Shown one piece after another: positions 15,101-27,978 of a stretch of DNA of 64,000 nt. The stretch comes from Paragordius varius. Lineage: Eukaryota; Animalia; Nematomorpha. The position numbers and the translations under genes are program-made. Under the pieces are notes generated by a model. The model ran no database searches. It was given only the letters and a program-made list of their open reading frames with translations, and was not told where the DNA came from. Positions within the stretch are counted from its first letter, which is position 1; each line of letters opens with the position of its first letter. The stretch lies in the NCBI GenBank assembly GCA_964247055.1, contig OZ176054.1:6262001-6326000 (forward strand), written 5' to 3'.

Positions 15101-18100
15101 TCGCGAATTCTATAGAAGCCAGATACAGTAGCTGTTATGCATATTTCTCTATGATCTATTAATGTATGTCACATTGATTATATATTATTACAGTAAAAAT
15201 AATGCTTTGTGGTAAAATTATTTAAATTAATACCAATGAAAATAGATGTAGTCTTCATGGTTGGTGTTGTTGTAACTATGCGTGAAAATAGGTAAGTTTT
15301 TTATATAAATTAATAGTTTTAGCAGGAAATTGGTTCTTTGAACATTTCTTAAATAATTTGACTATCTCTATTGAAAAATAATCTATTTTAAACACGGGGT
15401 TATACTTTTTTCAATTTTAATTACGTTTTACTAATGTGACGGTGGAATGAGCATGCCCCTTAAGAAAGCAATGGTTTTTTGGGTTTTTTATCAATTGGGT
15501 TTAAGGTTTGTACAGTTCTTAATTTTTATGGAGGATACTCTTTTACGCTGCTAATTTAATTTATTTAATAAAAATGACAATTAGTGATATAACAAAAGAG
15601 TAAATACTAGCGATTTTTAAATATTTTTAAATTTGACGATACTGGGACTTATATGAAATAGTGATTTACAATTCCATTACTGATTTTTGTTTTCATTACC
15701 ATCAAATTATGTATACATTTTCGTTAAACTTTTTTATTGGGAAAATTTTAAATGGTAATTATTTTCTATTTAAAAATTATAACGGGCTTAATTAACTATA
15801 TTAATTATATACTTTGGGAAGGATCGCTTGTTGTGGTTTCTAAAATAAATAAATGTATTTTAGATAATTCAATATATCATTCATATAATTAAACTTTTTT
15901 AAAAAATACCCCCACAAGCTGCAATAAAAAAATTGAGTTGATTTTGGGATCCTTGGCATTTAAACAAGAGAGGATTAGCATATACTAAGAAAGATGAATA
16001 GTGATTCAGAGTTGTGCCGTTTTTGTAATTTATTTGAACCATATTTGAGTTTTGAATTATATTTTTCTATATGTAAAATAAAAGGAATGTCATAAGCAAC
16101 ATTAATAATATTTGGATGAGTTAATTATTTTAAAACTTAAGAAATAAAAAGAATCCAAAAATATTTTACAATGAGTTTGGCATCATCAATATATGGACAT
16201 TTTTTGATAAGTTTGTTGTAATTTTCAAGGGTAAACATACAAAATGTTTTGGAAAAAATGGTTGCATCTTTCGTGTTTTGACATATCATCTGTAAAAAAT
16301 TGAAGAAATATAATTGAAAACTCTTTTATTTTTGCCTTAAAATGAAACTTTTATTTATATTCACAATAAAATACGGTTAAAGTCTCATTTTCCCTTTTTG
16401 ATTAAAGGGTAAAGACTTAACTTGTATCAAGACTTGGAAAACTTTAACACTTGCCTGTCCAAGACTGATAATGATGATGGAAAAATTGGGTAGTTTTAGG
16501 TTTCCAACCCCCCCTCCCATTCCACACACACACACACAAAATATATGAGTCCGGCGCCCTACCTATATACTCTATTTCTAATATCACAAGCACGTAATTA
16601 AAGGTTTTAAACCAATCTTTTATCCCTTGTTTTTCTATAATGTTTATGGAGAAGAATTTTTTAAATAATAACATATTTACATTAGAGCTGACGGACATTG
16701 CCATTTCATATTTGGTACGGAGCCACATATATTGTAACATAAGCATGGAGTCCCTTTTGTGGTCTCGGGACAAAGTCATATCCAATCGATCATAAGAGGC
16801 GTATATCATTTCCTCTGCTGTTCGCAACAATTCGACGGTTCCTCTTTTAAAATTCAAAAATTAGTTATGGTTTATAATGAAATATAAAAATAATTCAAAA
16901 CTACAAAGTTATACCATACAGAAGCTATAATTAACAATGTCAACGTATCAAAAAATAGATATCTAGTGGTAAAAACACAACTTTCTGACATCCGATAGGT
17001 ATAATAAGGCCTTAAAAAAGCTCTTCACTTAAAAAATTTAACGGAAAAATAAAAAATTCTTAATATATCACCGCCCTCATTCAGCCTCCCCAAACATTGT
17101 GGTTACTCTATTCCTGAGGTTTTAAATGTACTCATAATCATTCCACAAATCTTTACCAAGCATATTTAAAACAGTTTTTAAACGTTGTTTAAAACAACCC
17201 AAAACAACTCTATATGAATGTAAATGCACTTAATATCTACCACTCTACCTGACTAATTAACTTAAATGATATATGTTATATCGAATTATAAAAATTAGAG
17301 CATTCCACCAATTCTGAAAAACGAATACAAATGGTTATATTCACGTAAAAATGGATGGGCAACATAATATTTTTCTATTATTGATTAGTTTTGTAGCTGT
17401 ATGCTAACAAAGGGGTGTTTTTCCATATCTTTGTTTAATTATTGAAAAACATTTCAATAAGTTTAAAAATATGTAACCGAAATCAGAAACATTTGACCAA
17501 TAAATATAAAGGGAACCATTTTTGGCAATTATTTGATTTCGCAAAAGGATTACTTTGCTGCTGGAATATTCTCCTTATCTAACAAAAGTTGAATATCGTA
17601 ACTGCCATTGTAGTGGATGAAGTTACACACATCTAAATTAACATATTTTGTAAAAACATTCAAGCTTCAGGGCATTTATAAATTTAAAGAAGAATTACAC
17701 TTTTATCCATAATGATGGCTAATTCCCATAAAATGTTTAGGTTCTAATATTCAATTATAATCATTCATTTTTATTTATTTTACGCAGATTAACAAGTGTA
17801 ATGCGCACCCCCTCAGAAGCTTTTAAAACACACGTGTATTTGTTAGTAATACTTTCGATTAAGTAAATAAATCATAATTTTAACCGGTGGACACTTCATA
17901 AATGCAGTACCAGAAAAGTTGAGCAATTATTAGCAAAATAAAATATTTGGTACATTAAAATGAAAGGTCAATCGTTGAAGCTTTGCGGGTTGCATTTTTG
18001 ACTTAAAAATCTGGCAGGCCGCATTTATATATGGTGACATTCACAAATAATATATTAAAACATTAGAATGTATAATGCCAATACAATATAACAATTTTTA

Positions 18101-21100
18101 TTAGTTTTTGTCATTTGGGTGGACTTATTTATAAAAATTTGTTTTAGAAATATCAATTTTACTAAGATGGATTCCAATTTTTTTTGCGGGTCGCACAAAA
18201 GTCTCGAAGGGCACTGGTTTAAAATATATTATTAGTAAGTAACAAATAATCAAAATTTGATAAGATTAGAATAAATTTAGATTATTTTAAATATTTTATC
18301 ATTTAATAGCGTTATAAAGATATATTGTAAGTTTTTCTGTTGCCTTATAAGTGTTTCAGTCATGGTCATGAATGCATTTCGGTCAGAATTTAATTTAAAT
18401 ACAATAATATGGAGTTTATAAATTTGTATTTTATAATTGTTACATTTGAGATATTTATATAATACATATATTTTAATCTTACCAATTGGCTCTTTATATC
18501 GATAATAAATAAATTTAAAGAAATTATTATGATATTTGATATAGTCTTCAAACGATATCAAAAGTGAAATACTTTGAGTAGGAATAGTTTCAATGGTTGT
18601 CGTTGGTACAGTTGAAGTTATGTCTTCAGTGCTCACACCTTACAATATATATATATATAATAAAATTTTTAAATCCAAAAATTTTCAGTGTAATACAATA
18701 TTTTAATTTATTAAAGCTTGTTTAAAAAATATAATAAACCTAAATTTTATTAACACAGTGAAAATTGATAATTGAAACGACAAAATGTAAAAACTAAAAG
18801 ACAAATATTTTTCATTTAAAAACAACCATATTATTTCAACCTTGAATATTTTTATTTTAACTTATCGATTTGGATTGCAATAAAAAATTATATAAATTAT
18901 TAACAAATTCAATCACATATTTTTTATTCCTCATCTGGGTTGTATAGAAATATCATGGTTTGAAAATGTATGGCAGTCTTTATATAAAAAATATTTTTTC
19001 TATGAGTTCTTAAGTTTTGTAACCCTATTTTAATTACTTTAATTAAATTATCCATACTGTGCATTTTCAACTCACCAACCATATTAAAATTTAATTAATA
19101 ATCGATAAAAAATAAATCAACTTAAAAATATTAACTTAAAGTAGGAATGGTTTCTATGGTAGTTGTCGGTGCGGTTGATGTAATTTCTTCTGTACTTACT
19201 ACATTAAAATATTTTAAATATGAGTTTACATAAAAACAACTGAATCAAATTATGCGAAATTTTCTTTTAGTATATATTTTTTCATTTTGAATTTTTTTGA
19301 AACTTATAATTTAATAATTTACTTTGGGTAGGGATGGTATCAATAGTGGTTGTTGGTAGGGTAGTTGTGATATCCTCTACACTGACTAGAAATTATACAA
19401 GATTAATTTCTTCATAATATAAGGTTGGTTTTAGGTTTATTGTAGCTGCATATTTAGCCATTATAAAAATTCAATTAATTTATTTGTCTCTTAAAGATAA
19501 TTTATATTACTGATTGCTTTTTTCTGCAATCTATAATTTAAAATTCTAGCCCTCAATTATTTCTATATATAACAAACGGTTATTATGCATATAGAATTGC
19601 TTTAAAAAAAGATGCCATTGCGAAATGTTTTACTCCATCATGTTTTCAATGCTTTCAAATGTAAGGTTATTAAAATCGGAAATTAATAATGGAATGAAAC
19701 TTTCAATACCATCAATTATAATTTTAATGCGCGAATAAAATGTAGTTAAGTTTATTTACAGATTCGCAAACATAATTAAAAAACACGGATTTTAAACGAT
19801 ATCGCATTCAAGGGCATGCATTCAATCAGTTTTTTATAAATTTAGTTTATTTTTGTAAAATTTATTTTTACCAATTCGTATTAAACTTGCGATACCTCAA
19901 TTGAATAAATATAAAAATTAAAAAGTTCGCTACATAAAACTAAAAGGACCATCAATACACAGACAATTTACAATATGGAAATTTAATGGGATTTAATTAT
20001 TTAATTATTACTCATAGTTGGGATTGTTTCAATTGTTGTGGGTGGTAGGGTTGATGTAATTTCGCTTGTTTCTAAAGGCGGGAAATAATGGAAAATGATA
20101 AATAGTTGTTAAAATTCACCTACAATAAGGCATTCATATATTTAATTCCCTGCAAATAATAGTTATTTCATATTAATTAGATGACATTTAGCCAATGTGA
20201 TTTAAAAATTGATCTATCTGAAAACACATAAATAAATTAATTAAAAAACACCAAACCCATAAGATTGGGTCAGACCGATTCTATATACATATTCATGATC
20301 ACGACTGCTTTACAAAATAACCTATTAGAAAGTTTAGGCATATGTTTTTTACATATTCCAAAATTCTGGAAAAATTTAAAATATATGTTAAAATTGGTTA
20401 AGGAAAATTCATATATCTTAACATACGGAATTTTAATAAAATAATACTGTAAAATGGCGACATCGAACGCAATAAGATTATCACTAAAACATTTGTGCGA
20501 TTTTATATATTCTAGCCATCATTATCCTTATGGACTTATGTACACTTTTAACAAACAAATCAGTTTTTTACATGAAATTAAATACAAATTAAAATATTTT
20601 TTCATGCATGAAACCATGTGATTGAAAGCGGCAAGATATTCAAGGATAGTATTATTTTATTATATACTATAAATATATTTAAAAAATATGTTTCCTTTTA
20701 GTAATTATTAATCTTTTTCTTTGTTTTGTAGAGTTTTTATTTTATTTGTATGCTAAGTATGTAATTTAAAGAGTAACATAATTCTTAAGTCATCAAAAAT
20801 CATTGTTATACAGATCTCTCTTTTTTTGTTTTTTTTCTCTACTCCTTGGTTCCTAATTATTTTATTTTTATTAGCCTAGCCATAATTTCTTTATATTTTT
20901 CCTTTATGATTGCCAGACAGAGTAAAATATCAATATTTATAATTTATCCAAATTAACAACATTTATAAAGATTACTCTTTAATTTTAATTATTCTAGATA
21001 TTTATTTTTTGTAAGAGGGTAAGTGAGAGGGAAGGCAATGGCAAACCACCCTCGTTTATTACTGCCAAAAAATAGTTTTACTATATGAACTTAACAAGAC

Positions 21101-22282
21101 TTTTCAAAGTTGGATGCTGGAACGTACGTTCCTTAACATCAACCAAACAGGTGATAATTGAAAAGGAAATGGAAAGATTGAACATAGATATACTGGGTCT
21201 AACGGAAACCAAGCAAAAAGGTAGCGCGAAAATACAAAACGAAAATTATACATTGTTAAGATCGGGGAGAGATGACCAGAAATCTGAAGGCGTTGCAGTA
21301 TTAATAAAAAACAAATTAAATAAAAGTCTCATTAGTTATACACCATATACACCCAGAATCATGAGTATTAGGCTGAATGCCAAGCCACTTAAATTTAAAT
21401 ACATAGTAGTCTATGCTCCTACGTCAAACGCTCCCAAAGAAGACATAGAGGACTTTTATGCAACGTTGCAAATAGTTTTGGATGAAACGAAGAAAGGAGA
21501 TATGATTATCATAGGAGGGGATTGGAACAACAAAGTTGGTAGAGGTAGAGTAGATCAAATAGTCGGGCCATATGGATTGGGAGAACGAAATGAGGCCGGG
21601 GAAGCACTGATCAATTTTTGTCAAGAAAATGAGATGATGATAACCAACACATGGTTTCCACAACACAATAGGAGGTTATACACATGGACAAACGCTTCTA
21701 ATAACTTAAACCCTAAGTTTATTGTATGTAAAATGCAAATGACATATATTGTAAAGGTTTGACCTGCAATTTTTTTCAGTATCAAAATTTTAAGAAAATT
21801 ATTTTATCTCACCCTTAAACAATTCAAATCCACCCTCCAACAATTCAAATTCACCCTTGAACAATTCAAATTCACCCTAAAAATAAATTATGTGTTTTTT
21901 AACTAATATAACTCATTATTAATATGAAATATATGCTTATGGTATAGTTTATTATTTTTTCAGTAATATTTTAATTTAAAACAAAATTTTTATTTTTTAA
22001 AAATATATAAAATATAGGTAATTTTTAATCTTAAAAAACATATAATTTATTTGAGGGTGAATTTGAATCGTTCGAGGGTGAATTTGAATTGTTGGTGAAA
22101 TAGAATTATAAATGGTATATCTTTATATATAATTTTAACCATAATTGGAAAAAAAATAGAATATATAAACTCCCATATCCAAAGAATTTTATTATCTTGA
22201 TTATATCATAAGAATTACCTTGAGAAGTTACCAGAATGGCTTGTAAAATATGGAAAATGCATATCACAAAATACTTTGTCAT
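3197..22282 (-). CDS. Large secreted/surface glycoprotein: signal peptide, Thr-rich stalk, six tandem 4-Cys domains with Thr/Pro linkers (at least 1383 aa; last exon unresolved)
   Basis: GT-AG exons with continuous phase and no stop found. Signal exon 22219-22282 (MTKYFVICIFHILQAILVTSQ). Stalk exons 20012-20071, 19323-19385, 19136-19198, 18573-18638. R1: 17554-17632, 16681-16843, 16170-16289, 15910-16066. Linkers 15813-15839, 15234-15275. R2: 15074-15155, 14425-14647, 12118-12234, 11623-11785. Linkers 11409-11462, 11189-11236, 11084-11125. R3: 10926-11007, 10654-10858, 10088-10207, 9847-10009. Linkers 9725-9781, 9492-9539. R4: 9328-9412, 9012-9213, 8690-8806, 8085-8256. Linker 7963-8013. R5: 7457-7550, 5957-6170, 5541-5660, 5134-5296. 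R6: 4975-5065, 4680-4887, 3742-3858, 3507-3666. Linker 3197-3243. Total 4149 nt. Several listed ORFs (3457, 5927, 10603, 14362, 16444, 18277) overlap these exons. Confidence 0.8.
8351..8621. mobile_element. hAT-Charlie-like MITE in an intron
   Basis: Ends TAGGGTTGTCTAACATGTGGCCC ... TGCGGCCCAC ... GGTCAACACCCCTG resemble CAGGGGTGTCCAA/GCGGCCC Charlie-type ends; the 8-bp TSD is not clean. Confidence 0.5.
12385..13852. mobile_element. Foldback-type element: ~430-490-bp inverted arms, each with a 21-bp tandem array
   Basis: Left arm ~12385-12815 is the reverse complement of right arm ~13358-13852, both ending in ATATACCATTTCCCAGTCTAAATAAACG. The unit CRTTTTCCCARTCAATCGAAA occurs 8 times on the left and 11 times on the right. 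Confidence 0.85.
21010..21710 (+). mobile_element. RTE-clade LINE fragment: end of 5' UTR plus APE endonuclease domain, 3'-truncated
   Basis: ORF 21085-21762 has the endonuclease motifs GCWNVRSL, LGLTETK, YAPT, GGDWN and TNTWFPQHNRRLYTW. Similarity stops at about 21700 and there is no RT domain. It is preceded by the RTE-typical GAAGGCAATGGCAAACCACC motif. Confidence 0.85.
21027..21066 (+). promoter_or_regulatory. Putative RTE 5' UTR pseudoknot just upstream of the ATG
   Basis: GAGGG (21027-31) can pair with CCCTC (21049-53), and GGCA (21034-37) with TGCC (21063-66), in crossed order. The same arrangement occurs in the BovB/RTE GGAGAAGGCAATGGCA..CTCC..TTGCC motif. Confidence 0.5.
21805..22103. 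mobile_element. Small foldback/MITE with 21-bp units in inverted arms
   Basis: AACAATTCAAATTCACCCTYR occurs 3 times at ~21818-21880 and is inverted twice at ~22050-22095. The inverted match continues through AAATAAATTATRTGTTTTTTAA. Confidence 0.65.
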
Positions 22283-24833
22283 TTTCACCGTCGTAAAAAA
22301 ATTATGTTAAAATTGGGAAATGAAACTTAATACTACTAAAAAGTTACGCTTTAAATAATTCAACTTGACCAATGATACGTCCTTGTGCTCATTTGATTCC
22401 ATACTTTTATAATTATATATGTAAAACAAATAGTAGATTGAGATTTGATACACGACCTCAATTAAAGTTACTAGCTTGCTTGACCATTATGGTCAAGCAA
22501 ATATTTACCCTTTTTTATTGAATAAACTAGTCATTTTATATACGTGTAAGACTTATTTTATTAAATGACCTACCCTGCCCCAATAATACGAAGGGTGTGT
22601 TGGTTGTGAAGTATTGAATAATTATAGATAATATGATATTTATGATAATAACTTGTAAAACTAAAATTCTATTTGGTTAATACACTATGGAACTCAATCA
22701 GTTTCGAGCAAACTCAAAAGAACCAATGTCAAAATTCACTAAAAATCATAAAATTGGTGGATTATTTTTTGACAATTATTTTGCTAGATTATAGGATTCA
22801 AAACGATAAAATGAGACCTTCACGCCAGAAGAAATGTTGTTTTATTTAAGTCTCCTTATATTATTGCAAAACCTATTGAGCGATAAAAATTATAAATACA
22901 TGCTAATATTAAATATATATATATATATATATAATGTATGAAAAACGACAAAGCTTTTATAAAAATCAGACGAATTTATATTGGGTAATGAGACAGATGA
23001 CTGCTTTTATCATTTCAAAAATAATTTATTATGCAAATTCAATTTAATTTGTAATACTTGATAATTTTATCGGCATTTATGGAGTATATAATTTACACAT
23101 TTTTATACAACCTCGTTATATGAAAGTTAGATTGAAATGCCTTTTTACAAAAGCTTGACATTATATGGTACTATAGATTTAAATCACATGTTACGCATTA
23201 TATCCTTAAAAATTTATCTGATGAATAATTATTAATATTTATTTGGCACAATCGTGGCATTATGACGGCACCAAAGCATTTTAGCGATTTTCGCCTGTTT
23301 TTTAAACAATGCCAAAAAATCCAAAAATTAACATGTAATTTGGTTAAGCTTTTTCTAAAAATTTAATACAATAGTTGAATGTGACCGATTTTGATTTTTG
23401 GTTATGGAAATAAGGAGATATTTTTTATAAGCTTAATGCATGTTATCTTTATTGGATAAAATCAAGGGAGGATTTATTTTATGTCACGATTCAAAGATAT
23501 TTTTTATAAATACCAGTTCAAAATTTTTTGGGCTAAAGTTTTTGTCTGCGGTTTATGTTCCAGTATTTAATTGCAGGTTCGGTTACTTTTCTGATCAAAT
23601 GGTTTTAAATTCGGTTTAATCTCATATTTACCAATAATCTATTGTTTTATATATGAATATTATGACTTGATTGTGATCCATAAAAATTATATAGATCCTA
23701 TTTTTTCCAAATTAAATAAATTATCAAATAAAATTACGATTGGGTGGGATTATATATGAAAATAGGAGGAATAATAAAAAATAAATGTTTGAAACGGTGT
23801 TCATAAACTTTAACGAAATATTTTTTGGTTTTAAAGATTCTAAAATTCCGGAGTTTTCACGAAATGTTTTTGTGCGCTTCTCTTCAAATTCTATTTTATA
23901 TATAATTCAAATTTTATTTTTTAATAACTTTATTTGTTTGTTTATAGCAGTGGCACCAAAATTGTTTTAGCCCGAGTAAAATTTTTTTCTGCCTCAAAGG
24001 CCATGCATCACATAATACCCGATAAATATTTCATAACTGTTTGACTCCTTTGCATACTTTAGATAAATACATTAAATAATTGAACAAATAATTTAGGTCT
24101 TAAAAAAGCACTTTTAGGGCCGCATACGGCCGTTAGGCCGCAGTTTACATTGGATTATTTTCGAGTCAAAATATATTTTAACTGTCAAAAAAAGATTAAA
24201 TGGTTTACATGAAATTTACACATGCTATTGAATGCATAATTTTAAAATGAAAAAGAAACCAAAGGTTTTCACATCATTACGGAAACCAGATAGGGTGGAT
24301 TACTTGTAATGAGATCAGGTTGATTTCAATTAAACTGTTGAAAACATAATGATAAGAGCAAATATACATGACCACTCATAAATGGACACATTTACAAACT
24401 TGTAAAGAGATAAAATAAATATTGTTAGCAAAAGAGGAATTTACTCCATTATATAAATTTAAACAAAAACTAAACCCATAACTTCTTCGTAATTTAGGGT
24501 TCGCGTAAAACTTAGGATTTCAATCCGATTGAAGAAATAATTATTTTTTTAACAAATTATACAGCTAAAATGGCAGTTAACTTATGTCAATACTCAATAA
24601 ATTCGAAACACTTGCAATACCTTGCCAAATAGCTTGAATGCTATACTGCGGAACCAAGCTGTGAAATTAAATGACCGTATAAAATTGGATAATGATGAAA
24701 ATCACAACTCCAAGATAAAAATTTATTTATTGATTTATAATTAAAAAATATTTTATACATGATTTGGTTTCAGGATATATTTAATTTGGACAAATATAAT
24801 TAATTTAAATATAGCTAAAAAAATCTAAAAATT

Positions 24834-24836
<3 letters not shown>

Positions 24837-24866
<30 letters not shown>
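24837..24866. repeat. (AT)n microsatellite; similar tracts near 5813-5837, 6990-7012, 11795-11830, 22915-22932, 49863-49880
   Basis: Direct reading of AT dinucleotide runs. Confidence 0.9.
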
Positions 24867-24869
<3 letters not shown>

Positions 24870-24912
24870 TAAATAAATATATTTAAAAAATAATTAATGA
24901 TTGCGATAGCAA

Positions 24913-27900
24913 TTAATTAAAAATATGGACTGTCATAAGACATACACATACGGCGGACCAAGCCAACGTTAAAAATACGTAAGCGTTTGACTGGAAAGGT
25001 AAATGTTTAAAAAATGTTTGCAATAATTTTTTTTGTTCATTAATATCTTCCTCAACATTAAACATATCATCTTCAGAATGATCAGATTTTATATTTTTAT
25101 CATTATTTATAAAGGGATTCTTTAAAATTGTCGTAATATTTTGAGTTCTTTTACGCGCAGACATGACTAAAAGAGCAGGGAACAAACTTTGAATAGCTAA
25201 GCCAGGAAAAGCTCCTGTAAGCATAACTATTTGATTGAGTTTGTGAGGAAACCACCAAGCTATACAACTAGGTACAATTAAAATAATTACGACTAAAGCA
25301 AATTGTTTCCAAATAATGGTATGGCGTGTTTGAGGAGTCGGCATAATGCTTGAATTGGCATTTTCATTGTCTATAAAATAGAGTAATTTTAATCATGTGA
25401 ACTAATTTTATTTTCGAATCCATATACAATAAAAAGTAAATTATAAAAAGGCAAACAAGATAAACAAATATTTTCTTGTAAAAAAACAATATTCTTTGAT
25501 CTTTTATATGCAAATGAGAAACATAAAAGGAGGTGTGATCACAATTTCCATTTCTATTCCATATTTTTCAACGCACCAATAGGGGTTACATAAAAATCAA
25601 AATTTTATTTATAAAAATATTTGTTGGTTACTTTTTACGTTTCGTTTTTCATAATTTTAACTCAAAATCTATTACGTTTAATATGTATACCATTCCCGAT
25701 AGCTTCATAGGTTGTGCTGCTTGAAAATAGGTGTGAAAGTGCATTCGTAATATTGTTCCGCAAAGTTATAGTTAGAATGGGAAAATTCGTAGCTAATGGG
25801 AAAACTGGAAAAATAGCCAAAAAAAATCCAAATACATTTTTTACATTTACATTCTTATTGTACGAGATATTGTTTTTATAATAATGCATATGTTGCGTGG
25901 AATTAACAGAATTATTATTATTAATATTATCAATAAAATTTAACGTATAAAGATCCTTGATATCATTGGGGTTCGGGAAAGCAAAATATGCCAATTGACA
26001 TAAGATTATATAAAATACGAGTATTACACTGTACACTATGGTAAATAAAGTAAAGGGTGTAAAAAGTTTGGTTTGGCTGGCATTAGAGTGTAAATCATTT
26101 GGAGAGTCTGTTTGTGTTAATAATGGTTCTTCCTGCAAATTATCACGGTCAATAGAAACCGGTCTTATTCTATGGTAACAATCTATAATTTATAAATGCA
26201 TTTTCTAGCATATTATTTAATATATTGTTAGTTTTATACTGATACAAGACTAAATTAAAATATATATGGCAATATAGCGATTTTTAAAAAAATATTTTAT
26301 TGAATATATTTAGGCAAAATAAGGAATCATTATTTTATATAATCATTATTTAATACTTTGAATATTAACATTCAAACATCTACTAAATTTTACAAAAAAT
26401 TTCTCGACTTGTAAAGTGCTCTGTGATATGTTTTGTGTTAAAGTTATTGATTATATCACTGGTTCTTTATATATTTAGGCATATTGCCGAAAACAACTAA
26501 ATTATTTATTATCTATTTGTTAATTTAATTTATTGCTACTTGTGAAATATACATTATTATGAAAATATGAATAATTTGTTACTTTTTACGCACGACAATA
26601 GACGTTTAAGCTTTTTATGTTGATGCCTGTTTGTATATTGTGTCGTTTTCATTACTGTAACAAGCGAAGGTATCGAATGGTGACACATAAAAGAATATAT
26701 CGCGACACCAAATAATGAAGGGAGGTAAGAAAAGTTCCAAAACGTAAAGTCTTTTGTTTCTAACAGTGATTCTCGGTATGTTTTTGATAATGGTCCTTTA
26801 GAATTTTGTACTATTTTTGCGATCGACAGCCCAAATAATAAGATAATGGCTAAAAACGGTTATATATTATAACATTTTACCTGCCCAGCGCATCATAATC
26901 GTAAACAACTGTAAATATTTGGTTTTTTCAATGTTGGAAAGACAAAATGGTAAGGCTAACACTATAAAGCTAACCTAAGAAATCAAGATAAAAAACCTAC
27001 CAAGTATATATGGTACATATAGGGAACTAATTCGGGTTTGTTAAAGCACGATGTAATATTATTTTTTTGATGGCTAAAAAACAAGTGAAAAGATAAATTT
27101 TTTATCAAATAAAAAATTAGTGCTGTGTCATTAGAAAATCTATCAGACCATAAATATCCTAACAGTATTATATAGAATATCCCATTTTTTGGGGAAAATA
27201 GGTAATATATTGGAAAAGAGTATATATTTTGTGATTGTCAATTATTGTGTTTTTATTTATATTAAAAGTTTTTCTTTAAATACAAGTTATATGTAAATTT
27301 TTAGGTGGATTCACAAAAAATTGTTATTGTTTTAAATGATATAAAAAAATTATCGTGGTGACATGTATGAATTAAAAGTGAATTGAAATATATTCCATCA
27401 TTTTTTCCAAAAATTTCTATTACCAGGATATGTCTGTTAATGTATTGGCGATCGCAATAGAATAAATTGATAAATCTCCAATTAAATACAGAAATAAGAC
27501 GGAATAAAATATGTAAACACCAATAGAACCATATAAAAGTGATGCCATTTTTCCCTATATAATTAAATTAAATATACCATTTCTATTTTGTCGTTTGAAT
27601 TTAAATTCAAATCCTTAAAAGAAAATATGTTGCCTAATTTTTCGATCTATGTACACATTAAAAAATTATAAACTTTTAATAGATAAAGAGTTTCTGTCAT
27701 AAAACATGCTGTTACATAGCTATATATTAGAAAAGCACGATACCTAAAAAATCCTATAATAATTAATCCAATGGTTCCCAAAAAAACACCGGCAAACGCG
27801 AATGATTTGGGAATAGTAAAAGTTCCTGTGCCGACAATAAGATTAAAAACAAACACGAAAGATATCTGAATAATAAATAAATTTATAAATAATCCTACCA

Positions 27901-27928
27901 AATGCCTCGCCCAACCGTGTTTTTCCAT
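24913..27928 (-). CDS. TMEM104: TMEM104-like amino-acid-transporter-family membrane protein (multi-exon)
   Basis: Spliced translation gives FVFNLIVGTGTFTIPKSFAFAG, IEMGKMASLL, LYLIGDLSIYS, LFGVAIYSFMCHHSIPSLV, FLAIFPVFPLATNFPILTITLRNN and MLTGAFPGLAIQSLFPALLV, matching hallmark TMEM104 segments. Confidence 0.85.
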
Positions 27929-27978
27929 TACTAATCATACATTTTATCACATGGGAATATAAATTTTTAAAAACTTGG
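27929..27978. promoter_or_regulatory. 50-bp divergent intergenic region between TMEM104 and cyclin K (inferred bidirectional promoter)
   Basis: The start codons at 27928 (-) and 27979 (+) both align near the expected N-termini. Confidence 0.55.

Noticed and set aside
24290-24420. Possible further degraded RTE 3' fragment
   Set aside because: Only scattered short matches (AAACTGTTGAAAACAT, GACCACTC); an alignment is needed to confirm it.
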